Positions 1 to 10,455 of a stretch of 64,000 bases of DNA are shown one piece after another. Each line of letters begins with the position of its first letter. The first letter of the stretch is position 1. This DNA comes from Pirellulales bacterium (GTDB lineage: Bacteria; Planctomycetota; Planctomycetia; Pirellulales; PALSA-1355), in the NCBI GenBank assembly GCA_963733035.1, contig CAVTBU010000009.1, positions 256,001 to 320,000 of the forward strand, given 5' to 3'. Position numbers and translations under genes: made by a program. Below the pieces are notes generated by a model. It had not been told where the DNA came from. It was given only the letters and a program-made list of their open reading frames with translations, and did not search any database.

Positions 1-965
1 CAGCAGCCTGGGATATGACGGCACTGGCTGAACATCCGCGAGCCGTCGGCATACTCGAACTCGACGGCATGATGGTCGAACGTCTCGCCGTAGTCTTTTC
101 CCTTGCGGACCTGGCAACCGCCCATGCCGTTGGCTTTGACGGGAAAGCCGTTCTTGAGCCAATTGCCGACGTCCATGTTGTGGATGTGCTGCTCGACGAT
201 GTGATCGCCACAAATCCAGGCGAAGTAGTACCAATTGCGCATCTGGTATTCCATCTCGGTCAGCTTGTGGCCGAACTTCGCTTCGAGGTCCTCGCGGGTG
301 TGAACCCAGGGAGTCGAGCCGTTCCAGTAGACTCGAGTGGCCACGATGTCGCCGATAGCGCCATCCTGCAATCGTTTGATGGTTTCCAGGTACTGGGCCT
401 GATGGCGGCGCTGCAGACCGACGCCGACGGATAGATTCTTCTTTTTCGACTCCTCGGCGGCTGCCAACACCTTGCGAACGCCGGGAGCGTCGGTGGCCAC
501 CGGCTTCTCCATGAACACGTGCTTGCCGGCGTTCACCGCGGCTTCGAAGTGATAAGGGCGGAAGCCCGGCGGCGTGGCGAGGATGACCAGGTCCGGGCCA
601 GCGTCCAGCGCCTGTTGATATGCATCGAAACCGATAAAGCGACGTTCCTTGGGCACGTCGAGCCGATCCTTGATCGATCCCTGCTTTTCGAGCTGCTGAT
701 AGCTTCCCTCGAGTCGATCTTCGAAAACGTCGGCCATGGCGATCAGCTTCACCTTGCCCGAGGTGCGCAGCGCCTGGTTTGTCGCCCCAGTGCCGCGTCC
801 GCCGCAACCAATCAGCGCGATCTTGATCTCGTCATCGCCGGCCGCGTAGGCGCTTCTGGCGATCGAAAGGTTCGTGGCCAGCGCGCCACCCACGATAGCG
901 GCCGTCGAGCCTTTCAGAAAATCGCGCCGGGCTACCGGCGAGTCGCTTCGGGAGGGTTCGCTCAT
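1..965 (-). CDS. Tat-exported Gfo/Idh/MocA family oxidoreductase (3' end runs off the window)
   Basis: Absent from the ORF track because no stop lies in the window. My translation from ATG 965 gives [27 protein letters not shown]...[23 protein letters not shown], i.e. a twin-arginine signal plus a Rossmann GxGxx[11 protein letters not shown] and GKHVFMEKP follow. GGAG RBS upstream. Confidence 0.92.
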   Translation of the reverse strand, partial: MSEPSRSDSPVARRDFLKGSTAAIVGGALATNLSIARSAYAAGDDEIKIALIGCGGRGTGATNQALRTSGKVKLIAMADVFEDRLEGSYQQLEKQGSIKDRLDVPKERRFIGFDAYQQALDAGPDLVILATPPGFRPYHFEAAVNAGKHVFMEKPVATDAPGVRKVLAAAEESKKKNLSVGVGLQRRHQAQYLETIKRLQDGAIGDIVATRVYWNGSTPWVHTREDLEAKFGHKLTEMEYQMRNWYYFAWICGDHIVEQHIHNMDVGNWLKNGFPVKANGMGGCQVRKGKDYGETFDHHAVEFEYADGSRMFSQCRHIPGC

Positions 966-1036
966 GGTCGGGTCTCCAATTCCAATGCTGGTAAGGGGGA
1001 ATGTGATGATTGGCCTCATGAAAAGAATGCCGCGGC

Positions 1037-2143
1037 CTACTCGTAGGCGCCGACATCCCATAACTTCGCTTTTTCCTCGGCCGTTGGCGTTTCCAAGGGC
1101 CGAACCACGCGGAAACCAAGAAACAAGGCGTCGGTCAAATACCAAATGCTCTGTGGCAGCTGAGGATCCTGTTGTTTCCAGTCACGGCTCGAACCGCGGC
1201 GAGCGGCGCTGCGGAGCGCTTCAGGATCGTCGTCCCACGACCCGCCGCGCACAGCCTTGGGATAAAGCTTCGTCGCCGCGATCCAGGGATTCAACGTGAC
1301 CTTGCCGGCGAATTGTTCGTAAAAATCGGGCACGTACTGGTCGAGCGTCCACTCGCAAACGTTGCCATGCATGTCGTGCAGTCCCCAGGCATTGGGTTTC
1401 TTGAGGCCGACTCTGTGGTACTTGTCTTCACTGTTGTCGAAATACCAGGCGTATTCACCGAGTTGTTCGACGTCGTCGCCAAACGAGTAAGCGGTTTTCG
1501 ATCCCGCACGGCAGGCATATTCCCATTCGGCTTCGGTCGGCAGGCGGTAGTAGCGGCCGGTCTTCGCGCTTAGCCAGCGGCAATAGCTCTTGGCGGCGTG
1601 CTGCGTCATGCAGATGGCCGGAAAGCCCTCCTTTCCCATGCCAAACGTCATATCCGTGTACGGCTTGGTGGGCCGCGTGTAGGCGTCGGCCATTTTCTCG
1701 CGATCGGTCGGCTCGACCTTGTTCAACTCGCGGCGTTGAATGTCGAGGTTGAACGTCCAGATTTCGTACTCGTTCCAGGTGACCTCGCACTTGCCCATCC
1801 AGAAGGGCTTGATTTCGACCTCGTGCTGAGGGCCTTCATCCTCGCCTCGTCCTTCCTCGTCGTCGGGACTGCCCATCGTGAATGTGCCACCGGGAATGGG
1901 AACCATCTCGAACGTGACGTCACCGTTGACGACTACCTCGGTATACGGCTTCATGGCGTCGGGTGTGGCAGCGTCTGAATCTTTGACTTCCACCTTGGGC
2001 AGCTTGGCACCATCGACCGCCACGGTGGTCGATTCTTCGCCGCGGGCCCGGCCGCTTGGCAGAACCACAAGTGCCAATCCAAGCATGAAACATCCAACCG
2101 GCAACATTTGCTTTGCCGGCAGTGTGGGAACTACGCTAGGCAT
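1037..2143 (-). CDS. Formylglycine-generating enzyme (SUMF1/FGE-sulfatase) domain protein, secreted
   Basis: Signal peptide; motifs [59 protein letters not shown]. Confidence 0.9.
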   Translation of the reverse strand: MPSVVPTLPAKQMLPVGCFMLGLALVVLPSGRARGEESTTVAVDGAKLPKVEVKDSDAATPDAMKPYTEVVVNGDVTFEMVPIPGGTFTMGSPDDEEGRGEDEGPQHEVEIKPFWMGKCEVTWNEYEIWTFNLDIQRRELNKVEPTDREKMADAYTRPTKPYTDMTFGMGKEGFPAICMTQHAAKSYCRWLSAKTGRYYRLPTEAEWEYACRAGSKTAYSFGDDVEQLGEYAWYFDNSEDKYHRVGLKKPNAWGLHDMHGNVCEWTLDQYVPDFYEQFAGKVTLNPWIAATKLYPKAVRGGSWDDDPEALRSAARRGSSRDWKQQDPQLPQSIWYLTDALFLGFRVVRPLETPTAEEKAKLWDVGAYE

Positions 2144-2238
2144 AGAGGATCCTTTAGAACAATTAAGTCGGGGCCGCCGCAGACGAACTCTCTCGGTGTG
2201 CCGCAGACGCCAAACCGAGTCGAGAATTGCGAAACGCG

Positions 2239-3291
2239 ATGAATCGAGTGCTGGGTGCCTTGTTGTGGGGAGTCGTCCTCGCTCTGAGCGGAGCGGCTGG
2301 TGCCGCCGGGCCGGAGGCCGAATTGGAGCGATTCCAATCCACTCAAATCGAGATGGGGGTGCCTTTTAAGATCATATTGTACGCACCCGACAAACTCACT
2401 GCAAAGGGTGCATTGGACGCGGCATTTTCGCGCATCAACAAGTTAAATGCCGTGCTTAGCGATTACGACAGCCAGAGCGAACTCAGCCGCTTGAGCACCG
2501 GCGCACCCACGGCGAAACCCGTGCCGCTGAGCCCCGATTTGTGGACGGTGTTGACCCGATCACAATCGCTGGCCCGGCAAACGGGCGGCGCATTCGACGT
2601 GACCGTCGGTCCCTACATTCGGCTTTGGCGGCGCGCACGCAGGCAAAACCAAATGCCCTCACCCGAGCGAATGGCCGAGGCCGCCGCAGCAGTCGGCCAT
2701 CGCCACCTCGTGCTCGATGCCGAGCGGCACACCGCCCGGCTGCTCGTGCCCCACATGCGGCTCGACTTGGGTGGAATTGCAATGGGCTACGCCGTGGATG
2801 AAGCGCTGGGGGTACTTCGCGAGCGGGGAGTTACACGAGCGCTCGTCGACGCCAGCGGCGATATTGGCGTTGGAGATCCGCCACCGGGAAAGGCCGGCTG
2901 GACGATCGGAGTGGTGCCGCTCTCGGCCGACGGCACACCCACGCGCGAAATCGAACTGGCTGGCGCCGCCATAACAACGTCGGGCGACGCCTTCCAGCAC
3001 GTCGTCATCGACGGCAAGCGCTACTCGCACATCGTCGATCCCCACACCGGCCTAGGGCTGACGGACCAAAGCGGTGTGACCGTGATCGCCAGAGACTGCA
3101 TCACGGCCGACAGTCTTGCAACGACAGTTAGCGTGCTCGGACCGAAAGCCGGACTAAAGCTGGTCGAATCAACACCCGATGCGGCTGCATTCATCGTGCG
3201 GAACGACAACGGCCGGATCGAGATCTTCGAATCACAGCGATTCAGGTCGTTCGAAGTCCCCGAAACAGACGCTCAGCGACCTCGAAAGTAG
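2239..3291 (+). CDS. apbE: FAD:protein FMN transferase (ApbE family)
   Basis: Motifs [52 protein letters not shown]; signal peptide. Confidence 0.92.
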   Translation: MNRVLGALLWGVVLALSGAAGAAGPEAELERFQSTQIEMGVPFKIILYAPDKLTAKGALDAAFSRINKLNAVLSDYDSQSELSRLSTGAPTAKPVPLSPDLWTVLTRSQSLARQTGGAFDVTVGPYIRLWRRARRQNQMPSPERMAEAAAAVGHRHLVLDAERHTARLLVPHMRLDLGGIAMGYAVDEALGVLRERGVTRALVDASGDIGVGDPPPGKAGWTIGVVPLSADGTPTREIELAGAAITTSGDAFQHVVIDGKRYSHIVDPHTGLGLTDQSGVTVIARDCITADSLATTVSVLGPKAGLKLVESTPDAAAFIVRNDNGRIEIFESQRFRSFEVPETDAQRPRK

Positions 3292-4823
3292 CGCCGCAGG
3301 ATGTAAGCCTGCATCGGACCAGACATCTTCGAGAGTTCGCGGCGAGACAAGAAGCCGTTCTTATCGCGATCAAACGGAATCAGTCGGCGGGCAAGATCGT
3401 CGGAGATCGGGATGCCCCGCTCGGGAAAGCGCGGCCCCACGCCTTGGTCGGTTACCGGCGCGAGCGCGGGCTCTTCGTCATCCAGCGGAATGCCTCCCTC
3501 CAAACCCACAGCAAGTTCGTAGCCGGGCATCTTGGCAATTTCCGCCAGGTCCTCGGGGCGATCGGTGTAGACCTGCACGCCGCAGAGACACATTTCGTCG
3601 GTCGATTGTTCCCCCCATTGAACTTCGCGCGGCGGATGGTGAGGATTCTTGGGATTGTTTTCCGAGTTGTCGTAAATGGCCTGCAGACAAATGACCGACC
3701 CCTTCGGTAACCGCACCGGTTCTGCGAAGCGATAAGTCCCTTGCCAATCGAAGTCCCAGTCCTTGATCCAGATCAGCGGCAACTGTTGGCCGCCGGGGAG
3801 CCGCGGTGACCTTGAATTGCCGCCCCAAATCGTGCATGTGCGGCGAGACGCCCAGCACATTGACGTCGACCGGCAGCGGAACGCACCGCGTTCTCACATC
3901 GCAATGCGCCTTGCCGGCCGGCAGCCGCAGTAGTGGCTGCGTGACGGCAATTCCCGTGACGACTTTCTTCGTCGGCGTCTTGGCAAAGTAGATGCCCACG
4001 CGTGACTGATCGGTCTCGGGCTTGCCGGTGGGATGGTAGTGGACCTGCAAAACCAGATCGCTCCCCTTTTTGAAGTACTTGGCCATTCCGTCGGGAAGAT
4101 GGCGCGTCATGGTGCCGGGCACCCAGGCGCCAAGCCCGCCGGTTGGCTTGACGCCGGCTCCACCGTAAGAGCGATAGCCGGGCTGCCCGTCGCGGCCGTC
4201 GAGTTTCGCGCGGCGTGGTTGGCATCGAGGAACATGACCGCGTGGTGCACCACGCCACGATTGCCGGGCCGGAATTCCGCGGCGCTGATCATGCGATCTT
4301 CGTCAATCGGCATCGGGATGACAAAACAGCGGTAGACGTCGCGGCCATCGGCCGGGATGTTAAAGGGGGTCGGCATCTGCACGATCAAGTCCGGCTCGCC
4401 CAGCTGCCAGCCCTCGTGGAACTCGGGCGGCTCGGGCAAGTGCGTCGGATCGCCTTCGGGCGCTCCCGCGGCCACCCAGCGGTTGATCAGCACCAACTGC
4501 TCATCAGAAAGCCGACGTTCGTCATGAAACTCGATGACTCCGGGCTCGGGTTTCCAAGGAGGCATCCGCCGATCGTGCGTGATCTGCTTGAGAAAACTGG
4601 CCCGTTTTACAGCGTCCTGATACGTGAGCAATGAGAACGGAGCGACTTCGCCGGGACGATGACAAGTCGCGCAGTTTTCCCACAGAATAGGCGCGATGTG
4701 TTTGGAAAACGTGACCGGTTCGGAAGAATCTTCCGTGGCAAAGCCCGGACTCATGAAGCTCCAAACCAAAAAACAACCGAGCAGAGGGCGCAGAGCGAGT
4801 GTCTGCGATCGCGACACCATCAT
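3273..4823 (-). CDS. Secreted cytochrome c / copper type II (PHM/DBH-like) monooxygenase-domain protein with C-terminal EF-hand; split by two frameshifts (~4205, ~3800)
   Basis: ORFs 4107-4922, 3478-4122 and 3273-3860 join into one protein: CATCH, RRMPPW, LGEPDL, VVHHAV, LQVHYH, PHMH, WDFDWQ, GEQSTDEMC, DRDKNGFLSRREL. Confidence 0.82.
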
Positions 4824-5088
4824 GGCGAGCTGGCTTCCTTCCGTCGTTCCGAAGCGATTGGTTCCGCCTGAGACAAACCGCTGGAATGCCTCCTGCCTTC
4901 CGGCCGCAAAAGGTCGAAGCAACGCGAGGGTTCGCTTCGCAGCAGCGAATGATCTGTTCCACGGAAGGGCGAGGTCAGCCTAACGGATATCCGTCGCCGC
5001 GCAAATCCCTCGATCAGCGGAAACGAGGATTGACTCGTGGATAGCGCGAGTTATGCCGAAACGCGCAATCGCCAACGTGAGGTTCTCG

Positions 5089-6663
5089 TTAACGATCGCG
5101 CGCTTCGGCAACTCGTTGTCCGAGCGCGCTTGCAAGTTCTGCGAATACAGGCTGCCATACATTGAACGTCGATTGTCGAAACAGCCGTAGCGACGGATAC
5201 CAAGGTGTCTGGCTGCCGTGCAATGTCCATCGCCAATCGGGCGAGTACTGTAGGGGAACCCAACATGTCACGCCCAATCCGCCGGCCAGGTGCACGATCG
5301 ACGTGTCGACCGCAATCACCAGGTCGAGATGTTGCATGATTGCCGCGGTATCCATAAAGGCACCACCCGATTCGTCGACGCTCGCGCCCAAGTCGCACAC
5401 TTCGAATGCGCCACCAATTCCGGCGAGCTCGCCGCAGGCGTAACCTTTTTGCAGGCTCACCAAGCGCACGCCGGAGATTCCGGCTAACGCGGCGAACGTC
5501 TGCAGCGGCACGGAGCGGAAACGATCGTGCGGATGGTCCGAGTTTCCAGCCCACGCAATGCCCACGCGAAATCCCTCAAGCTGACGGACCGGCGCCTCCC
5601 ACGCGGAGACACGCCGAGGATCGGCTGAGAGGTAGTTTCCTCCCCAGTGGGGGCGGCCATTCGCGTCGGGCACGAAGGCGGGCAGGCTCAAAAGCGGGCA
5701 TTGCAGGTCGCATGCGACTTCCTGGTTGGGATCCGTGAGCCAGCGACTGAAACCTGACGTTCGTAGCAGTGGCAGAAGCGGTGGTTGCACGAGGAGACGC
5801 ACGACCCCGCCGAATTGCTCGACCAGCGGGGCATATCGAACGAATTGCAGGGTGTCGCCCAGTCCTTGTTCAGCGTGCAGCAAGACGGTTCGGCCCGCGA
5901 GCGGCTCTCCCCGCCACCGAGGCTGGGTCGTGGGGTGCGCGGCGAAGCCGTCGCACTCGGTCCGATACTCCCACTCTGGCCAGCCTCGTGCAAAATCGCC
6001 CTGCGCCAGACAAACCATTCCTCGGTTCCGGCGAGCCTCCGGGTAGATTGATCGCACCTCCAGCGCACGACTGAAACACTCCAGCGCCGCATCCATCTCC
6101 GCTCCGTCGTAATACGCGACGCCGAGCTTGCACCATGCGGCGGCGTCTTGTGGCTGCAACTCGATTGCGCGACGGTAGCCGGCCGCGGCTTCCTCCAAAC
6201 GTCCCACTTCCAAAAGCAGGTTGGCACGGTTGAAATGCCCGTTGGCGTAGTCGCCGCGCAGGGCCAGGGCCGCGTCAAACGCCGCCAACGCATCCTGCTC
6301 CTGTCCGGCATCCTTCAGAGCCAGCGCGAGGTTGTTGTACAGCTCGGGAGTCGCAGCACCGGAGGACATGGCTCGACGAAAACATTCGGCAGCGTCACCT
6401 GCTCTCTTCCGTTGCCGGTAGGCGAGCCCTAGATTGCTCAGGAAGGCCGCGCTTTGGGGATTGAGCGTGACGGTGCGCTCGAGAAATTGTTGCGCCGCGT
6501 CTGGCTTTCCGGCCTGCAACTGCAGCAGGCCCATCTCATGCCAGAGCTCGGGAACCTGCGGCGCGGCGGCCAGCAGTTGCCGGTAGATCGACTCGGCTTC
6601 GGCAAAACGCCCACTGGCGAGCGCCTGTCGCGCGAGACTCAACGCTTCGGCAAATGTGGCCAA
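5089..6663 (-). CDS. TPR-repeat protein with C-terminal glycosyltransferase (GT9-like) domain
   Basis: N-terminal TPR repeats, then AEQGLGDTLQFVRY, GIAWAGN, SLQKG, DTAAIMQHLDLVIAVDTSIVHLAGGLG, DWRW, TPWYPSLRLFRQ. Confidence 0.9.
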   Translation of the reverse strand: MATFAEALSLARQALASGRFAEAESIYRQLLAAAPQVPELWHEMGLLQLQAGKPDAAQQFLERTVTLNPQSAAFLSNLGLAYRQRKRAGDAAECFRRAMSSGAATPELYNNLALALKDAGQEQDALAAFDAALALRGDYANGHFNRANLLLEVGRLEEAAAGYRRAIELQPQDAAAWCKLGVAYYDGAEMDAALECFSRALEVRSIYPEARRNRGMVCLAQGDFARGWPEWEYRTECDGFAAHPTTQPRWRGEPLAGRTVLLHAEQGLGDTLQFVRYAPLVEQFGGVVRLLVQPPLLPLLRTSGFSRWLTDPNQEVACDLQCPLLSLPAFVPDANGRPHWGGNYLSADPRRVSAWEAPVRQLEGFRVGIAWAGNSDHPHDRFRSVPLQTFAALAGISGVRLVSLQKGYACGELAGIGGAFEVCDLGASVDESGGAFMDTAAIMQHLDLVIAVDTSIVHLAGGLGVTCWVPLQYSPDWRWTLHGSQTPWYPSLRLFRQSTFNVWQPVFAELASALGQRVAEARDR

Positions 6664-6709
6664 CTTGCGACTCCCATACAGTTTGAAACGCGCCCCCCGC
6701 CCACTGCTT

Positions 6710-6737
6710 TTGACTAACCAAGGGAGGGGCGTAGAAT
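6710..6737 (+). promoter_or_regulatory. Putative sigma70-type promoter of the receiver gene
   Basis: TTGACT-16 nt-TAGAAT, about 140 nt upstream of the 6877 start. Confidence 0.45.
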
Positions 6738-6876
6738 TCGATAAGAGAAGATAGCGCCGCGCTCTATCGCCCCTCGGCAGCTTGAGTCATCGCAGGCGGA
6801 ATAGCAAATTTCGCGGACCGGACATCTCACGGTTGCGCGTTCCGATTTCCAACTGATTGACAGCTTTGAGGGAGCC

Positions 6877-7269
6877 GTGGCCATGTCGACAATACAGCGC
6901 ATTCTACTTGCCGACCCCGATGAGGGCCTGCTCGGCATATACGCCGACAGTTTGCGAGAGGCGGGATTTCACGTTTGCACTGCGACCGACGCGCTAACGT
7001 GCGTCGAGCGACTCAAGAATTTCGATCCCGACCTCCTCGTGCTCGAGCCGATGATCCCGTGGGGGCAGGGGGAAGGGATACTCAGCTTCATGCGTGAGGA
7101 AGCCGACGTGCCGCTGGTCCCCGTGATCGTGCTAACCTGCGGAACGGACCTCTTGGAAGACTATCAACTTCCGCAGTTTCCGGTGCTTGAGCGCCATCAG
7201 AAACCATTGTCGCCACCGGCGTTGTTGGCCTCCGTCAGGCACCTGACCAGCACCACGGCAGAGCGCTGA
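6877..7269 (+). CDS. Single-domain response regulator receiver, atypical (Glu at the phospho-acceptor position)
   Basis: RILLADPD...AGFHV...PDLLVLEPMIP...PVIVLT...QKPL CheY-like pattern; GAGGGAG RBS. Confidence 0.8.
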   Translation: MAMSTIQRILLADPDEGLLGIYADSLREAGFHVCTATDALTCVERLKNFDPDLLVLEPMIPWGQGEGILSFMREEADVPLVPVIVLTCGTDLLEDYQLPQFPVLERHQKPLSPPALLASVRHLTSTTAER

Positions 7270-7278
7270 AACGCCAAC

Positions 7279-8430
7279 CTAACGCGTCGGCCGCTCTTGT
7301 TCGGGCATGGCCGCAATCCACTCGCGCACCAGCTCGACGCCTTCTTTGTGAACCATCCTCTTGCCGAGTTCCGGCATCATGATGCCAGCGTCGCTCGACA
7401 GCAGGCGGAAGATGAAGATCGAGTCCTCGGGATGCCCGGGAACGATATCAAACAGAAATCCGCCAGATCCGCGGCCGGCTGCCACGGCGGTCTTGTAGAT
7501 GCCGAACTTGCGCGGCTCGACTTGCGCCACGCGCAGGTCCAACCCAGAATTTCGCGCGGGGCCGATTGGATTGTGGCAGTGCGCACAGTTGATTTCCAAC
7601 CAGGCTCGAGCACGCTCATCCAGGGTACCGGAGTCGGGATCGTTCCACACGGCAAGTCGCGGGGCATCTTGCGGTTTTGGCGCGTCCTTGAGCGCGCCGA
7701 CTCGCGTCCAATGTGCCAACTGGTTCTCGAGGCCATCGGCGTACGCAAAGTCCTTGTTCAAGTGCCGGGCCTTGGGACCCAACGGCTGCATGTCGTCGCC
7801 CTGCTTGTGGCAACCCTTGCACTGATTGGCGTTGGGAATGATGTAGTTGTTTGATTGCTTCTCGCCGTGCTCGTCGATCCAACTCACGTCGATCAACTCG
7901 CCGGCGACCTGCCGAGTGGCTTCGGTTTGCTCGTCGTTCCAGATGTACGGAATGCCCACCCAGCCGTCCGCCTCGCGTTTCAGGATGCGGGTTTCGAGCA
8001 GACGGCGGCCAAGTTTTGGATCGCGGGCATCCACCGGGTAACCAAACGTCTTGGCGATCACCGTGCCGACCGGAAAGTCGAGCGCTTCCACGTCGCGATA
8101 TTCGGCCGCCTGCCCGGCCGGCAGCTTCACGAAGCGAAACTTGTCGGCGTAGTCGGTGAAAAGCGGTGAATTGAGATCGTATGGAATGACCCCGTCGGCG
8201 GCCTCTTGTGTGCTGCCGTTCCCGACAAACAGGCCATACTCGGAGAGCTTCTCGAACTGCTCCGCAACGGGTTTCACCTCCGTACGGCTGGTACAACCTG
8301 GCGCCAGTACGAGAGCGACCGACAACATGCCCGCCAGAGCGGCCGCGCATACGGCAACCCGCCTGGACTCAGCAAGCACAGGCGAGAGGATGGTGCCTCT
8401 CGCCTGTGTGATCGAACAAAACTTTCGCAT
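7279..8430 (-). CDS. SO2930-like diheme c-type cytochrome lipoprotein (partner of the beta-helix protein)
   Basis: LSEYGLF, YDLNSPLFTDYADKFRF, FPVGTVIAKTF, LETRIL, CKGCH, RARAWLEINCAHCH, MPELG; lipobox-like LAPGC. Confidence 0.85.
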   Translation of the reverse strand: MRKFCSITQARGTILSPVLAESRRVAVCAAALAGMLSVALVLAPGCTSRTEVKPVAEQFEKLSEYGLFVGNGSTQEAADGVIPYDLNSPLFTDYADKFRFVKLPAGQAAEYRDVEALDFPVGTVIAKTFGYPVDARDPKLGRRLLETRILKREADGWVGIPYIWNDEQTEATRQVAGELIDVSWIDEHGEKQSNNYIIPNANQCKGCHKQGDDMQPLGPKARHLNKDFAYADGLENQLAHWTRVGALKDAPKPQDAPRLAVWNDPDSGTLDERARAWLEINCAHCHNPIGPARNSGLDLRVAQVEPRKFGIYKTAVAAGRGSGGFLFDIVPGHPEDSIFIFRLLSSDAGIMMPELGKRMVHKEGVELVREWIAAMPEQERPTR

Positions 8431-8466
8431 GATACACGCGTCGGCACGCGGGGTGCCGCTCTCGAA

Positions 8467-9765
8467 CTACTTCACGCCGGCGATAGTCACCGGTTCGATC
8501 TTGGGAATCTCGCCGTTGCCCTCATACGGCGTGAGATCGTGACTGATCTTACCCGGCTTGGGTTCCAGCGGATTGCTGATGTCCATTCCGGGTAAATCGA
8601 AATCAACGAAATCCGCGTCGCCATTGTCGCGAATAACGATGGCCAATTCTTTCGGCAATTCGCCGTCAACGGCCTTCTTCGGATCAACCACGCCGTCGTA
8701 GATGATGTCAGGCAGCGTCTTTTCACCGATGGCCATGGCAACCAATTGTCCCAGTGTCCCTCCGGGCTGCGCGCCGTTGTCCTCAAACTTGTTGTTGTGC
8801 ACGTAGATCGAGTCGCAAAATGGGTCATAGCCCGGATCCTTGTCGAACGGCTTCTGCGTAACCAGATAGCTGCAGATCGACAGGCCAGTGCTTTGATTGT
8901 CCTTGATTTCGTTGTCGAACACCTCGACCTGGCGACTGGCCAATACCATGACGCCGGTACCGGGCGGCACGTTGGCAACGGCGTTGCCCTTGGGGGCAAA
9001 GTTTTCATGATTGTTTGACACGATCTGATTATTATACACGCGGCAGTTGCGGCCGACCTTCAGTTCCAGGTCGGGGAGCGAAAAGACGAGGATCCCGCCC
9101 GTGTTGCCGGTGGCGATGTTTTCGTAAACATCGGCATTGATCGAGTTTTCGATTTCGATGCCGGCCACGTTGTGCTCCGCCTTGTTGCGCCGCACGATGA
9201 TGTTTTTTGACTGGCCGACGTAAATCCCCGCGTCCGAGGCGTCCGTCGCGATGCAATCCTCGATGAGCACATTGTCGCTAAGCACCGGATAGAGACCGTA
9301 GGCGCCGTTTTCGGTTTTCGGCCCGCCGGTCCAACTCGTGCGTACGCCGCGGAGCGTGATGCCGTTGCAACGGTTGACTTTCACCGCGTCGCCCTTGGCA
9401 TCTTCGACGGCCAGGTTCTCGATAGTGCAGTTCTCTTTGCTGCTGATCGACAATCCCTCACCGCCGGTACCTTGCTTCTGGTTGACGAACGAGAGGATGG
9501 TTTTCTCATGTCCCTGGCCACGAATCGTGATCTCGCTGACGTCACAGGACAGCGTCGAATCGAAGTCGAACTTACCTTCACCAAACTCGATGACTTCACC
9601 GGGCTTGGCGTCGATCAGGGCCGTTTGAGCCCGCTTTTGAGCGTCCGGCCCAGCCTCGATCTTGGTTACCTTGACTTTTGAACTGGTGTTCTCCGAGGGC
9701 TTGACGCAACCGGCAAGCACCAGCCCGGCACAAACGAGGGATAAGAATTGCAGTCGCGTATACAC
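8467..9765 (-). CDS. Parallel beta-helix repeat lipoprotein (TIGR03805-like)
   Basis: GTG 9765 with AGGAGA RBS; lipobox LAGC; NGAYGLYPV, ASDAGIYVGQS, NVAGIEIENS, NTGGILVFSLP, NFAPKGN. Confidence 0.88.
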   Translation of the reverse strand: MYTRLQFLSLVCAGLVLAGCVKPSENTSSKVKVTKIEAGPDAQKRAQTALIDAKPGEVIEFGEGKFDFDSTLSCDVSEITIRGQGHEKTILSFVNQKQGTGGEGLSISSKENCTIENLAVEDAKGDAVKVNRCNGITLRGVRTSWTGGPKTENGAYGLYPVLSDNVLIEDCIATDASDAGIYVGQSKNIIVRRNKAEHNVAGIEIENSINADVYENIATGNTGGILVFSLPDLELKVGRNCRVYNNQIVSNNHENFAPKGNAVANVPPGTGVMVLASRQVEVFDNEIKDNQSTGLSICSYLVTQKPFDKDPGYDPFCDSIYVHNNKFEDNGAQPGGTLGQLVAMAIGEKTLPDIIYDGVVDPKKAVDGELPKELAIVIRDNGDADFVDFDLPGMDISNPLEPKPGKISHDLTPYEGNGEIPKIEPVTIAGVK

Positions 9766-10009
9766 GGCCAATCTCCTAACAAGGTAGAAGTCGCGGGGCA
9801 GCGGCACACCCGGAAACCAAGCCCGCCCGACAGGGCCGCCGCTGGAAAGGATCGGAACAGCAACGTGAGGCCCATTATAGCGGACTTTCGGCCGCTGCCC
9901 AGCAGGCAGCCCGGCCGAGCTCAGATTCGCGGGGCGTTTGCGTCGCGGACGGCCTGGGCCTATGCTGTCAGACCATCTGACGACTTTGGAATATCGGGAG
10001 AAAACATCC

Positions 10010-10418
10010 ATGAAGTGGCCTACTGTCGCTCCATTTCCTCGCCCTTTTGACGCTTGCCGCCGGAGCCCCGACCGTGCTCGATGTCTCTTCCGCCTCGGCC
10101 GCCGAAAATGAAAAAGTCTTCCGTCACGTCGTGTTGTTCAAATTTAAGGACGGCACGACCGACGCTCAAAGCAAGGAAGTCGTCGACGCGTTTCGGGACC
10201 TGAAAAATAAAATCGACGTTATCCAAGACTTCGAATATGGGACGGACCTGAGCGTTGAGAATCGCTCGCAGGGGTTCACCCACTGCTTCTTCGTGACCTT
10301 CGCCGACGAGAAAGGACGCGACGCGTATCTTCCGCATCCCGCCCACAAGGCCTTCGGCACGCTGGTCGGCCCGCGCCTCGACAAGGTCTTGGTCGTGGAC
10401 TATTGGGCGAAGAAGTAG
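10010..10418 (+). CDS. Dabb family (stress-responsive A/B barrel) secreted protein; probable 1-nt frameshift at ~10019 in the signal peptide
   Basis: RHVVLFKFK, FEYGTD, GFTHCF, RDAYLPHPAH, VLVVDYW. Removing one C after ATG AAG TGG gives the signal peptide MKWLLSLHFLALLTLAAGA. GGGAG RBS. Confidence 0.88.
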
Positions 10419-10455
10419 CGCGACCGCCGCGCGCGAAACCGAGGCGACGTCCAGT

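Noticed and set aside
15..1046. Plus-strand ORFs 15-434 and 519-1046, and the many similar overlapping ORFs throughout the track
   Set aside because: They are antisense or alternate-frame shadows of well-supported genes, as expected in high-GC DNA, and have no recognisable motifs
9766..10011. Long N-terminal extensions in the ORF track (e.g. 8467-10011, 10456-11907, 30860-32317, 24561-25538, 48087-51476)
   Set aside because: Internal starts have a better RBS, promoter or family N-terminus; the extensions cross promoter regions or neighbouring genes
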